Shown: positions 1 through 15,065 of the stretch, piece by piece
How positions within the stretch are numbered: position 1 is the first letter of the stretch
How the letters are laid out: each line of letters begins with the position of its first letter
From: Schmidtea polychroa
Taxonomy: Eukaryota
Assembly: GCA_044892525.1 (NCBI GenBank)
Contig: CM097885.1
Span: forward strand, 37,698,001-37,758,000
Direction of reading: 5' to 3'
DNA length: 60,000 nt
Position numbers and translations under genes: made by a program
Notes under the pieces: generated by a model
What the model was told of the DNA's origin: nothing
Databases searched by the model: none
Seen by the model: only the letters and a program-made list of their open reading frames with translations

Positions 1-1569
1 ACTTTTGTTATAGGATTCTAACTTCATCAGGGAAAAAATTTCTCTCACCACAAAATTTCCATAATAAAAACGTTACCAAATTAGTATTAAAAAATCATTG
101 CGTTCCATTGCGCCCAAATAAGTTTTTTATAATTTTTAAAATAATGATTAACTTACTTAAATCATTTTTTATGAAATTTGATGTTTGTAAAACATGTCTA
201 AATAATTTTAAAAAATATATTATAAAAAATTATTATTAAATTAAAATTAAATTTATAAAAAAGATTATTTATAAATTATATTCAAAATGTTAAAGTAAAA
301 TATTCTATTGAAATACCCAATAAAATAGATTAATCCAACACATACTACAAATTTATTATTGGACGGAACCGGGGGTATAAGCAAAGATTCTGTATACTGT
401 CTGATACATACACACACACACACACACTTGTTAATAGTATATAGTCAAATTCTGCGCGTTAATGTATTGCTGCCCCATATAATTAACCACAGAAATGTCA
501 CGTGACGTTCAAATTGTCTTCATATAGCAAATTCAATTTAGAAATGATACGTATGCACCAGCTTTGTAAATTACTTGCTATAGTAAAATTATTTGAGGTA
601 AATAATAAAATCCGAAATAACCTAAGGACCCAAATATCATCATTACTCCAGCTCAAATTTAGTTGTTAAAATAAATAAATTTATAAATAGAATTAAAATA
701 AAAATATAAATTTTGATATAAAATTTAATAATATTTTTATCTTGAAAGGTCGCAATGTCTTTCTTAGTCACTAGCTTCATTTTGGAATATGCTAGACCTC
801 AAACGTTTAGTACAATAATGTATCGTCCAAAAATATATATTTGATTGGCACTTTACAAAAGGTCAGCCTAGAAACTGTAACTCAACCTCTAACATTATCT
901 TTTATAACCACAGACGGAATCTACATAGATGTAATATACTCTCAAAATACATGTGCCATTTCGTTTCACCTGCATTATATTTGCAAAATAAGATATCTAA
1001 CAAAATCCAAAAGAGTAAGTTTTGAATTACTACTAAAATAAATAATTTGTAAGAGGCCAAGATAACATATAGTCAACCCTTCTATAACGCGGCTTGAAAA
1101 TTGCGAAATTTCTCCTATAAAATGGTAGCTTTATAACACGGATTCTAAATAATATGACTTAACCAACTTGGTTTCCATATAACGCGGTGTACATTAATAG
1201 ACCTAATGGAAAGTTTACTGTAACAGGCTGTATTAAGCAGATTTTTCTCAGTTCCATTTAATTCAGTACCTCTTTTTAAAAAAATTTCTCTTTCAATGTT
1301 CTTTAATGAAAAATAATTTTTAAATGATAATGATAATACATATTTATGTGACTAAGAAATAGCAAAAGTATTAATATTTATTTTTCCATGAATGTTGCTT
1401 AACTATAGTTTCATCTTAATTGAAACAATATGGCGCCATAATAACAGAGTTAAGCATCATTAATATAGGCATTGGACATTAACTTAATGAACGTCTATCA
1501 CTTTCAATGTTTTATTTATTATATTATAAAAGAATTAAACTAATATAAGATACAATTTTGAAAATAAAA

Positions 1570-1765
<196 letters not shown>

Positions 1766-4700
1766 GCAAAATTTATTGGAATATTTATTCGAATATCTAT
1801 TTATATAACAAAACCAGATTGTACTTGTATTTCTTTATGAAGTAAGTGTTTATTTAATAACGGTTTCAACCCAGAGACAGAAGACGTTTATGTCATGATG
1901 TAACTCGGTCATCGTAGGTGGCTTTAGCACTTAAGACATAATATAGGTTTTTTATTAAGATATTTAAACTACGCTCACCAATTACACTTTATTCCAAAAT
2001 ATAAAAGTTTTCATAATCTTTAAAAAAAATAGATGGGAATAACACAAACTTACCTGTGTTTAAAAAAATAATGTTTCAAAACTTAAAAGTTTTTATAAAG
2101 GAATTGAGAAATGGCAGGAAAATAATTTTACATATAAACACAGCACACAATAAAAAATACATGCAAATTTTTTAAAGCGTTTTTCGTTTCAAAATTTTAA
2201 AATGATTAACATATTGTTAACATATTATTATTTTCAATATATTAAAAATTTATGGGGGAAAAAATTTCTGATCTAGAATCGGACAACTCTACTTTGAGCT
2301 GTAGAGAAAAAGACGATAAAACATCGTAAGAACTAATTATAAAATAATTTTAAATTTAATATTTCTTTAGATTTTCAGGTATTTCTCTGAAAACGCTGCC
2401 TTTTTGCGACGGTAAAGAATTGACAATGTAAGATTTATTCATTATATTACAAATAATTAAAATATTTTACAGTATATCAGATATTTCTTGTCAAACACTG
2501 CCTTTGTCTGAAGGTAAAATTTTAAATATTGAACAAGGTCCTTCGAAATCTTTGGATTTGCAGAAAAAAATTTGAAATTCGTAGATTTTAATAACTTATT
2601 TAAAAATAATAATATTTTTATAGAACATGACAAAATTCGACTAATTAATCCCATTGAAAATGCTGAAAATTTGGAAAATTACTTGGTATCACCAAAAAAT
2701 CGATTGGTAGAGGTAAAGGTGGCAGAAAACAAATTATTTCAGAAAAATATGGAAATAATTTGTTGGATTTCCTAAATTCTAGTTTTTATGCATCTTTGGA
2801 AGAAATGAGAATTGTCTTTGGCTATTAATTTATTTATTTATAGTTTAAAATAAATCTGACTTACATTATATCGAAATAATTCTAAATAATTCTAAAAATA
2901 TCATAAAATTTCATAAAAATCATAAAAATCCTGAAAATTAATTAAAAATAATTTATAATACAAATGTTGACTAATTATAAAAATTCAAAATTCAAGCCTT
3001 ATAAGTTACTTAAAATTAAAAAACTTACTTGAAGACCATTTATAAAATTGAATAAATGTAGTTACAACTGTCATTTTCTTATAAATAATGAGTCACCTAC
3101 AATTGGTGTACACACCAACGTGTATTACAGAAACTTTTATATTTCGAAATTAGGTGTATCGCTTTCATTGAACCATTCCATTATTCTGCTTCAAAAATAA
3201 CATTTATGTAAATTTGTAAATTTCTGTGAATATTTATTTTTAGAAATTTTCTGTTGCAAACAATAATGCCATTAAAATTTCTGATATTTCCATATGTTTT
3301 CCCTTCCTCAATCTTTGAGTGGGGGGGGGGGGGTATTTTTATAGACTATTCGTGCGTTTTCTAAAGTTAAAATATGCAATTTAAAATTTCTGCTAAATAA
3401 TTATTACTGCCTAATATTATTTATTGCCAAAATTACGTATTTAAATTATATTCTATTAATAAAATTTTTACGATAACTAGATATTATTGGAATAATTTAT
3501 TTAATTATTAATCAAAGCTGACATATCTTAGTAAAGTTTTTTAAAGGAAATTAGCATTCAATTCAGTGATTTCGAACTTTTGCAAGTGTTCCAAGGAAAA
3601 ATTCTGATGTGTTGGCACTTAGGGGATGTGTTGTTTAAATGTGCTAGGGTTGACATTTGCTATTCCCTCAACACCTTCATGATTATTTTACTTTTTATTA
3701 TCCCGTGTATTCGTGGCGACGACTATTGTGGTAATATACACAATGGCTGAAAATCAATGAACAGATGAGCTTCACTACTAGAACTGCTCCTCATTGCATT
3801 TTCATTTTTGGGCTCTTGTCTGCCGATAGATCGTCTTAGGTCGCTGCTTTATCAATGTACATCCATTTCTTCGCTTATTGTTTCTCTTGTGCTTTTAGTT
3901 ATGGTCCATAACATTTGATGTCATTTGACGTTACATTCAAAAGTTTAATCATGGATCTGCTCTTATTTCACATTTAGAAAATTTTATTCCTAGATCTTTT
4001 AAAATGATTGTTATTGACTGAATATATTGTTTTGGTTGTGGTCATTAGAAATTATGGTCATTTATCATTTACACTGACTTGTCTAATTTCGGTCAATGTT
4101 AAAGTCTGAATTCTAACTCCCAGAGACAAAATGTTTTGCAAAGTACTTCGTTAGATCACAAAATTTTGATCCTACCTGAATGCTCATTTAAACTCCTGTC
4201 ATTTCTGTGACCCGGTGGCTTTGATCTGTCAATACGAGAGTTCCACTGCAGATTTTCACAATAAGGCTAATAACCCGTACTAGTCGGTTTTTGGGACACA
4301 TAGATGATCTATGATACGAGAAGAAGCCCTTCTTTCGAATCAAAATATTAAAACACATAATTTACCGTCCAACATACATAAAAACTTAAATTCCGTTAGA
4401 TCCGAAAAACTGAGAGCATAAAATATTTTTGTTTTTTGTTTTTTGCGAATTTAATTTAACGCCATTTAAAAAAATCATTCAAAACGCGATCATTTTAACA
4501 ACCCTGATCATATTGAGGGAAAAACTGGGAAATTTAAACGTATATTTTATTACGCGGGTATTTTGTGAAGGTATCTATCGCATGAACATAGAATAGGTGT
4601 ATAAATATATTGTTTTATTTATATTTTACAGTTGTTAATGATTATCCTAACCAACTGTTAATGATTGATAGGTGTAAACATGCCTGTAGGAATTAAGGCA

Positions 4701-5864
4701 ATTAAAACTTTTATTATTTGTGTCAGCTAAAGCAAGAAAGATAAATTTGCAATAAAGTGTTAACAGATTTAGCCTGTGTGCTTTTTTTACCCAATTCTAA
4801 AGTAGTTTTTTAAAAAATATAACTTAAGTAACCTATCGTTGGAGAGGGGCGCAAGATCGGTGTTTGCCATAAGCGCCATTTATCCGAGGTACGCCACTGC
4901 AAATATATATAAAATAAGATAAAAATCTAAAGGATACAAAATGAGCAATACTGGAAATAGAATATAGAATAAAATGTAGCAAGATTTATATTCTCAAATT
5001 CGAAACAATCAGAAACTTAATCTCGTCATTTCATTGCATAATTACTATTTAATTACCATTTGCAATGAAATTCAACACAGGTGAAGGGAGTTACAAATGT
5101 TCAACAAAATTAGCGGCATTATGAAAATTGATAACACTTTTTCATCTGACATTTATAAAGTTTTTATGGTTAAATTAATAATTTTATTATTTCACCAATG
5201 ATCGAAAATAATGGATTTTTTAATTTGCTAGATAACAATTGACCAATAAGATTCTTTGAAATTTTATTGGTCTATTTTCATCTAACAAAAAACCAATCAA
5301 ATAAAAAAAACCTTAACAAATACATAAAAAACGATATGTTTAACATTACATTTTTAATCTTAATTTTATTTATTTTCATGAGAAACAAAATATCATTGAG
5401 AAACAAATCTAAACATATGAGATATTAATTTTAATGTGTTATTAACAAAAAAAAATTAATTAAATTTCATATAAATATTATTGATTTATTTAAGTGTGTA
5501 ATTAAAATTTATAAATTTATTAAATTTATTATTTTTCTTATGAATGAAATTAAGAGGAATAAAATTAAATAAAATTTTATAATTTATATAATGGAGATGT
5601 GACGCCTAACCGACTGATTATAATATTGAAGACAAAGAAATGACTTCTTTGATCGAACGACAAGACTAAAGAAAAAAGTGGTTTTCGTCTCGGAGTTGAT
5701 TGATGAATATTTGAATGATTTCAAATGTTTATCGAAAATGTTTTGTTCCAAAAAGTTCATTTAGGATATTTTTTAAAGTTTTTATTTAAGGATTCTATGT
5801 GATACACTTATTTGAGAAAAAATATTTATAAAATTAGTAATCTTTCCAAGTGTAGAATTTATGA

Positions 5865-6045
<181 letters not shown>

Positions 6046-7646
6046 GATTATTATAAATACTAGAATTTTAATATTCTAAACTATAAAATATTTGAATTAA
6101 ATTATTTTGAAAATTTTCTAATTTAACCCGATTAAGAAACTAAAATTTTATTCTAATTTTATTATCCAACCTGAAAGTAAATTCAATTTTAATCAAATTA
6201 AATTGAAATGATTCTCACTAAATTTCGGGGAGGATAAATCCCATAAAAGATTTACCCAGTCTTATATTAAAATAATTATTTGAAACGTTTTATTATCGTC
6301 TAATGTAAATAAGTTATCTTTTGTCAAAATCTCTCGTTCACAGAAGATGAATGCAACTGTCAGGTAATGACAAATTAAAACAATTTTTTCCATTGATATA
6401 GGCTTTCGAAATATACATTAAAGTAATTAGAGAAATCAAATTCTCTATTTCTCCCAGCAGCATAAGGAGAAAAAGGAACTGAATAAAATACCCACATCAA
6501 ATAAACCAAAAGGTGGACCAAAAATAGAATCCAGTATAATCATTTCTCCATTAACAGAAGTCATGTGGACTAATTTTTATTAATTTATCTTCACTTTTAT
6601 TATTAGATGGGAAATTTCAATTTTCGTTAGAAAATTGTTTTAACTGAAAAAGAAAAAGAAATAAGACGTAATATAATGATTAATTAATTGATATCATTAG
6701 TGGTCAATTTTGGGATATTTTTCTTGAGATAATCTACAGTTTTTAATTTCAACATTTTTGCGCAAATTTTAATAAAATTTTTAATTTATTGATACCGTAG
6801 GTTTATGAGTATAAGTCCCACTTTTTACAAATCATTTTGAAAGTGAATCTGCTACTTATAAACTGCAAGTCACATTTTCTTTACAATGCAAACAAAAACA
6901 TGCGATTCAGATACTGAAAATGTTGCAGAAAACTATGAAAATGTTGGTGAGTTTCTTGTTAATTACAATAATTAAAACAAACTTATTCTAATTAAAAATT
7001 AACTATATATTCAGTAATGATATTTTTTAACAAAAAGGTTTTTTCGAAAAGTACTGTGCATTTAAATAAACGATGACATTTTTTTTCATTTTGCGGAATT
7101 CTGATTCGTGGATATGTGGGAGGCGTTATTTTGAAAAATGAAGTTAAGTAAAACAAATTTTTGAAAATATTTTTACTACCAAAACTTTGATATTAGAGAG
7201 AACCTAAACCAAAATTAAGGGGAAATTTGAATAAATTTAGCATAAATGAGGAAAACAAAAAGTCTTGATCTATATTTTCAAAATAAATAGTTTTTATGTT
7301 GAGTATGAAGATGCTACGGAAACTTTCACAATCTTCAAAGTTGGGTTTCAAAGAGTGAAAGGGTTGAAATTCATCTGATTTGAAATATATTTAAAAATAT
7401 TTAACTATTTTATGAATTCATATTTTTAATTTATTTTTAAATAACCGATAAATAGAATTAATATTTATAAATTTTCTGACTGTTAATTAATTAAATAATA
7501 AAAATTCTAAAGAAAATCTTAATTTTATGAAATTTAAATAATAATAATAATAATAAAGAAATAGTTGGGCTGAAAATGTCATGGCATTATTTTCGTTGAA
7601 TATTAATTTTTTGGGAAAATTCTTTAGCACTGAATAGATTTCTGTA

Positions 7647-7990
7647 TATCACAAAGCTTGTAATATTTATATTATTTTAATGTTAGACATACGTAAAAAA
7701 ATATTTTACTCCATTACAAGTTTAAAATGCTAAAGGTTTACGGATGCACTTGTAAACAGTTTCTGTGTATGACGGTGTCTCCAGAAGTGAATATGATTTT
7801 TCATACACCATGTTTACAAGTTTGCAGATATATTTTCTGTGATTTAGCTAATTTGCAAGTGATGTGATTTCCAGTGTACCGGGGAAAGTATGCAATAGAG
7901 TTGAATAGTACTGAATAGTACTGGTGAGAGCCAAAAGCTCGAAACTAGTCTACTATTGGGATTTGCACTGGGTATCACAAAGCTTTTAAT

Positions 7991-7995
<5 letters not shown>
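7647..7995 (+). mobile_element. Hammerhead-containing dispersed repeat (retrozyme-like), copy 1
   Basis: Aligns by eye to the reverse complement of 22512-22880 (shared GGATGCACTTGTAAACAGTTTCTGTGTAT, GCAAGTGATGTGATTT, GGGAAAGTATGCAATA, TTGGGATTTGCACTGGGTATCA). TATCACAAAGCTT occurs at both ends (about 7647 and 7973), suggesting a head-to-tail unit. Confidence 0.7.
7914..7957 (+). ncRNA. Type I minimal hammerhead ribozyme (core variant CUGGUGA)
   Basis: AATAGTA-CTGGTGA-GAGC caaaa GCTC-GAA-ACTAGT-C-TACTATT: 7-bp stem I, 4-bp stem II, palindromic stem III, GUC cleavage triplet. One core base differs from CUGAUGA. Confidence 0.8.
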
Positions 7996-8045
<50 letters not shown>

Positions 8046-8049
<4 letters not shown>

Positions 8050-8697
8050 CTAAGTTCTTGTCTATAAGCCGGACTCGTGCATAAACCGGTTTCTCTAAAT
8101 CACATATATTAAAAAAATTTTTTTTTATCTTAGATAAGCCGGACTCATGGATAAGCCGTAAAGTTTTTAAGTAATTTCGCGCATATTTATTGGACCTCAA
8201 CGTGCGTAATGGCATCCCGTTGATCTTTTACAGCAAGATAGTCTACAAAACCGCATAATAGGAAATGGCCCTCATATGGTAGCAGACTGGTTCGACGAAT
8301 GCTGGGATGAAATAACGGTGGATTGCATTAAAAATGGATTTAAGGCTGCGAATATCTGTGAATATTCAAATGAAGAGGCAATAAGGGTCACTTGTAGCGA
8401 AGAAGAATTTGAAGAAGAATCCGAGAGCGAAATTGAATCAGAAATTCCAGCATCTTATAATGATATTCTTGAGTTTTTCAATACTGAATCAGGAGAAGAA
8501 TTTGATGGCTTTGATTAATCGAGAATTTAAATTAAAAGGAAAATTATTAGTGGGCAAATATTTTTTTAAAAATGCATAACCTTTTCATTTAATATATTTT
8601 GTGTATAAGCCGTACTTATGTATAAGCCGATACTGTTTTTATGAATGTCGGGTTGATTTTTTTTTAGATAAGCCGCGGCTTATAAACAAGAACTTAG

Positions 8698-8701
<4 letters not shown>
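8046..8701 (+). mobile_element. Internally deleted pogo/Tigger-like DNA transposon
   Basis: TIRs TACCCTAAGTTCTTGTCTATAAGCCG / CGGCTTATAAACAAGAACTTAGGGTA, embedded in (TA)n. ORF 8276..8518 (WFDECWDEITVDCIKNGFKAANI plus acidic tail) resembles a pogo DDE_1 transposase C-terminus. Confidence 0.85.
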
Positions 8702-8778
<77 letters not shown>

Positions 8779-8897
8779 TATTTATTTATTTATTTATTAA
8801 AAATAGATTGAAGACTATAAACTGATTTATAGTTTTCAAGTTCTTTTTAATAAATTCAATGGAAAAAAAATCAGTGGTGAAATTGGAAAAAAAGTTC

Positions 8898-9018
<121 letters not shown>

Positions 9019-9235
9019 AAAATAGGCTTCAATTTAAGTTACGATAGTACTGGGATGGCGGAGTCTTATCAAATTAGGAGGACCTGTGCTAAAACGTATA
9101 AGGCGCCTTAAAAAGGCTTACAGATTTTTATTTACAAAAATAAAAACATTATTTATTGTATTCATTCAATATCTAAAATAATGAAAAAGTACGAAAGTTG
9201 AAAATGTTGACTTTTTAAAATTATTTTATACATAT

Positions 9236-9596
9236 TAGGGAATGCAATAACACAATTATTCTAGACACTGCCCACAATTTAACACAATTATGAAATAATT
9301 AAACCAATATTTAAAATAAGATAGCAGAATTACAATGAACTCTAATGTAACTTCACAATTTAAAACGAATTTCTACTATGACCTCAAATTAACACAATTT
9401 TCAGGACTTATAATTTTGATTGGTGAATTTGGATAACGGATATGAATTTAAAATATAGTTTAGTTATTTTTTAATGATAATATTGAAATAATTTTAAAAA
9501 AAATACCAAAATTACCGATAATTTTGTTTCTAATTTACCGGTAATTTCAGTAGTCAAATTGACCGGTAAAACCGTTTACCGATTTTGCATTCCCTA
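9236..9596. mobile_element. hAT-type MITE
   Basis: TIR TAGGGAATGCAA...TTGCATTCCCTA. 8-bp flanks ATACATAT / TTACATAT (7/8 TSD). Confidence 0.8.
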
Positions 9597-12500
9597 TTAC
9601 ATATTAATTTTAAAAAATGATTTATTTATTATATTCACCGGCGTCGACTCATTTTGGATGATTCTCTATACTAAGCACAGCTAGAACAATGGTTAAGACA
9701 ATTCTACACTGTATTGGTGTTGATTTTAATTAAAAAATTATTCAACAAAAGTATAACATTTTTTTAACAAGTATGGACCATCTTTGCCGCATCCTATGTG
9801 TTATAAATTTTAATAAAGTCTCTGAATCGAAATCGACAAAAAGCTATAAAAAAGAAATTTGACTTTTTAAATTGTATATAACAAAAAATATAATATATTT
9901 TTTAAAATAAATAATAGGTTGCATTCGTTTAGAATTAAAATGTTATAATTTAACACATGAATTTAAACAAAATTAATTAAATTTGTCAATTATTTTTTAA
10001 AAAAGGTAGATTGGAATGACACATGGTATATTAACTATCAAAGATTGGAAGAAATCTTATGAAAAGTCCTTTTCCCAATACAGTTGAAAGGAAAGTAACA
10101 TTGCGAAAAGAATGTCAGCTAACAAATATGTGGATTATGATCAAATCTGTTTAGTTAAATATAAAAGAATAAATAATCAAATAAACAATTTTATAAACAA
10201 GTAGTCAATTAAGTGGGTTATTTATAATTTATTAAAAACTTTTAATATTTTTAATTTAATTTTATTAGAAATTAATTTGGTTTTTATTAGCAATTTTACA
10301 AGCATGAAATTATAAAAGTTTTTTTTGTTCAATTTAATGATTAGACGTCCAAAGTTGGCATTCATCATTGACATTGAAATTCGCCATTTACTTTTAGGAA
10401 ATAAGAAACTTTGATCTTTAGACCCTTTTCAGTCTAACTTTGAAAATTAAAAATGTTTGAGTATTCAACAAACGTATTTAGACATAAAAAATGAAATTTT
10501 TGAAATTGGCAAAAATGCTAGAAAATAATGGTGAAATGATTTTTTTTATAATATTAACTTATGTTACAGTAAGTTAAGAAATATATTTTTCCATCAAAAC
10601 AGAAATTGTATGGAAATCCTATTGTAAATCCTTAAGAATGGAATTTAAAACTCTCAAATCGTGACTAAAGATGAAAGAAATTTAATTGCAATAATTTATT
10701 AAATTTATATTATGGTAAAATTTCTTTTGTTCTACAAATTGTTTATTCATTAATATATTTTAGTAATTATTCAATTTTTGTCAAAATATTTAAAAATGTT
10801 ATTTGTTTTAATAGACAGAAACATTTTATTTTTATTCATTCTATTAATTCCATCAACCTAATATATTTTTTAGTGAAAGTGGCATTGATCCTGTTACACA
10901 ACAGCCCTATAATAAATGTTACACAGTTGGACAAATATTTATGAGCAGCAATCATTTATTACAGTATTTTTTATTTTTTTATTATTTTATTACAGTTTGA
11001 GGATTTTTCTAGTGTTTTATCGCATTTATAACTTTTAAACAATCCCAACTTAAAACATTTTTAGAAATTTCGAAAATGATAGGTTGTCGGAAATTATGAA
11101 ATATGTATGAGAAAAGCATCAATTTATAATTAAAGTATTAAATTTATAGTAAATAATTTTTTATTCTAAGAAATTAATAAAAATGATTGATCGAAGTCAC
11201 GGATCAAGAAACAAATTACTGCTATCACATAGAAAATATTTCCCGAAATTAATTTAAAATATTTTATAACATCTTCAAAAATATAGTTAATAAATTGTAC
11301 GGTTTTCAAAAGATATATATCCTAAATGAACTGAAATTTACAATAAATACAAAATTTCATTTACAAAAACATAAAAAGATTAACATAAAAAGATTAAAAT
11401 TATTTTTAAAAAATTTTGTAAAATGTAAATTTAATAAAAAATATAACTATTAACCGACCATCTGCCAATAATATTTGTTTATGTTGCACATAATTTATGC
11501 ACTTTGGTGTATAATATAAGAGAAAATTACCGCATTTACTCTAAGAATCGGCGTACTTTGTTTGCTGAAAATTTAAATTTTCATAGAAATCGGCCAAGAA
11601 CTTTATAAGAAATTTAATAAACCTCAACGAATCTAACTTAATAAGTGTTTTGATATTACTATTTAAACCACTTGGTGGTTATTTTATTTTATTTTATGCT
11701 TGGATTAGCAATTCATGTAATACATTTCAATAAACAATCAAAAAATTACATGTATTTAAAATTTTAAATAACTTGTTAATACTAACTGTACAATCTAATG
11801 TCCTACCCCGGGTACCATACAAATATTATATAATACTGAATATTTAGCTTGGTTTTACTCCTAACTTGTCACTATATTTTTATTTATCTTTTTTGTCTAT
11901 TAATGAATATTTTGTTTTATATTTAACACGAATTTTTGGCACTGTCTTTTTTGCAAGTGATTTATTAGAATTAAAACGACAAATTATTAATTTTTTTTGT
12001 AAAAAAAAGTTATTTTATTTTATTTTTATTATAATAAAATTGTCATCATTATTAATCAGTTTTGAATATCGTTTAATATTCCATCAAATCTGGTGCCTCA
12101 TTTCTATGAGAAAATTCAAAATTCAACTGTCAGATTCCATAGATCAATTTGATGGGAAATAAATCCCTTTGGTATTTTATGGAATAAAAATGAGTGACAG
12201 CTGACCAGAACTCGGTTGATAAGTTGTCAGAGACATTTTATGAAGAAATTTATTTACGCCAATTAGCTCAAAATAGATTTCCATGTGATTTGTAAAAAGT
12301 ATGGAAAGTTTTTTTTTAAATTAAATTATCATCTATTTCTACAAGAGTCCCTTTCTCAATATGTAAAAATGTTTTATTTTATTGAATGTGAGCTTCCCAG
12401 TAATGGGTTTGAATCTAGTTCCTTGCCCAATTTTCTTTTCTAATACGATATATTAATAATACAAATTATAAAATAAGTATTTAATGTTGTTCATGCGTTT

Positions 12501-12779
12501 TTAAAAAATTTTTTATTATAGTAATAATTAATTATAATATACTATTTACAAAAATAAGTAATTAATAAAAATATCACATTTCAAATCTTTTAATTGTAAC
12601 AAGAAATTATGATTATTAAACATTTTTCAAAAGGCTATACAGTTTTCCGCATCATTCATATAAAATAACAATTAATAACAAATAATAATTATAGGAAAAT
12701 ATTAAAATAAATAAACACAAAGTTTTATTGATGCAAAGACTTAAATGTATCACAGTATCACATAATTCTCATTTGGGAG

Positions 12780-13200
12780 AATCATTTGATATCTGGGTAA
12801 TCCAACTTCCTTTGAGCAGAATTACATCTCGATTAGTCTAACAGCTAGCATATTGTACTGGGTATTGTATCTTTCTAGATATCGCGTTCTACTCATTTGA
12901 GGTGAGACAACACATCATGTGAGGCCTCTGCTAGTACTTTAGCCTGTGTGGGGTCCTCAATGTTGGTTACGAGCTCTCCAGCACCAACATTCCTATCGTC
13001 GAACAGTCAAGGCAGTACCTCCGCGGCTAAAGTGTAAACAGATGTCGTGATTCGAGAGAAATAAACGGAAGCGGGTGAAACAAGCAGTCGCCTTAAGTAT
13101 CCTGGTGATGGACATCAATCCACCAGAAGTCGACCTACACACCTCCTGTACAAATTTTCTCTGGTCTTTGAAGATGGACAACGTATTAAACCTGAACCAG
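12780..13200 (-). pseudogene. Degenerate LTR-retrotransposon (Gypsy-like) RT/RNase H remnant
   Basis: Minus-strand fragments DPTQAKVLAEASHDVLSH and IQYPVQYAS resemble the RNase H D-A-S...VLSQ and PVxYAS motifs. Multiple stops and frameshifts. Confidence 0.4.
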
Positions 13201-14892
13201 CTACTGGCAGATGCCGAAGGAAAAATTATTTCGGAATGATACCCCCTTCTGACAAATCAAATATTTTGTTTTTTTGTTTTGTTTTGTGTATTACTTGTTT
13301 AGCTTGGTTTTGTATTAAACAATACATTTTAGTTATCTTATGCGGTTGACTTATCAGTATGACTCTCATACTAATTATTAATCACGTGCCGATTAGATCT
13401 TTTTGTTGCGCCATTGACTCACTACATTCCAGGAAATGATCTTATTGAAAGATAGAGGACCTCAATTTTGAAATGATAAATATCAATGTAAGACCTCCTA
13501 TCCGCAGTCATGAATATGTCGAAAAGGTTTACTGAGGAGTAGTTTTAACACATAGGCTGACCTGCTTTGTAGCCTTCGACAATTTAGTACTGTTCCAACG
13601 TGGCTATAACAATGGGTACTTAGTCGATTTGAAATAGTCATACGGTGGCTTACGGAAGCTTGCGACTTCAACGGATATAGAATCATACATACAATTACAA
13701 TTCTCTTTTTCAATTTTTTTTATTGTCTCTTTCGTAAGTCCCAACACAGTTTTTATTAGTTAATAAGTACAAATTGAAAAGTGAAACCAAACAACAAACA
13801 ACAAAATGAAAATGAAATTCCTTTATCTAGAAATCTTGATCTAGATATTGAATAAATCACCTGAGAAGTTGAGAAAATAAGAAATAAACTAACAAATTGC
13901 ATATCTTGACAGTTGTCTGAGATAACAGGAATGAGTATAGATGGTGGAGATCGTAAAAGGAAAACCACGTTGGAATTATGTTTATGTGTCACCAAATAAC
14001 AACCTATAAAAGGGAGAGACATAAATGGAGAAAACAGAAGAACATCTAGAAGAGAGAGTGAAGAAAATAGACAAGATATTTGAAGAAAATATAATTACAG
14101 TGAATCTAGTGGATTTAATGGAGAAAGTTTATTTCCCAGTCTGAATGAATTGGTTACACACTCAAAAATGTTTCATTTCACTTTTAATTTATATGGAGTG
14201 TTTTTGGGAATATTGATTTATTCTGTGCATAATTCCCGACTGTATCCAGATCTCATACGCAGATATATTTTTTGGTATATATTTTAGGTATATATATTTC
14301 TATATAATTTATTCTGCTTGTAGGCTCACGTTGCGTGAACTTTTATCTATGTTATTTATTTTTCTTATATTTATGTTTATTTCTTGTAAAACTTCTTGCA
14401 CTTGTTGATAAATTTATTTTTACTTTTATGTTGATGATTTTGATGTTTGTTTTGCTCATTTTACTTTGTTTAGTTGATGTTCTGGTATGTTTGAAATAAA
14501 CTTTACTTAGTATTATGTTAGCATATTATATTTCTAACATACTCCAGTCCAGAATATCTCTGTAATTTTTAGCAAAATCAGTTTTTGCCTAACATTAGAT
14601 ATCTTATCCTATTTTATTCGCCATTATAACCATAAAATTATCTAATGACTATTATTTAAAACAAAATAAAAAACATATATATAAATCAACATATAATGGG
14701 TTCATAAATATTACATAATTTTTATACATTAAATATGTAAGGATTGTGATTTTATTTCATAAATATTTGTGATTTTATAACTGATTTTACAAAAATTAAG
14801 TAACGATTGTATCATTATTATACAATGCTTAGTTTCTATATATCCTCAAGGGTTTTTAAAATTTTAAAATTTTAAAATTTTTTAAAATTCAT

Positions 14893-15065
14893 ATATTAAA
14901 AAGAGCTTGAAGACTATAAATTCATTTGAAAAACTTAAACAAGGTTGAAAAAAAGGCAGTGCCGAAATTTCGTGAATATCAAAAAACATCGATATATTAC
15001 TGATTTATAGTCTTCAAACTCTTTTTAATAAATTCAGTGGTGCAATTGGAAAAAACGTTCTTATT
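14893..15065. repeat. Short inverted-repeat family (probable Penelope terminal repeat)
   Basis: AAAAAGAGCTTGAAGACTATAAAT...ATTTATAGTCTTCAAACTCTTTTT. Related copies at about 8795-8900, 54128-54270 and 56610-56700. Confidence 0.65.

Noticed and set aside
6300..6600. Possible host exons here and at about 10870, 24250-24520, 57326-57607 and 59260-59440
   Set aside because: Slightly higher GC and some splice-like sites, but no consistent multi-exon frame or recognisable domain.
13930..14500. Possible LTR (TATA box, purine-rich tract)
   Set aside because: No partner copy, TG..CA boundaries or TSD could be fixed.
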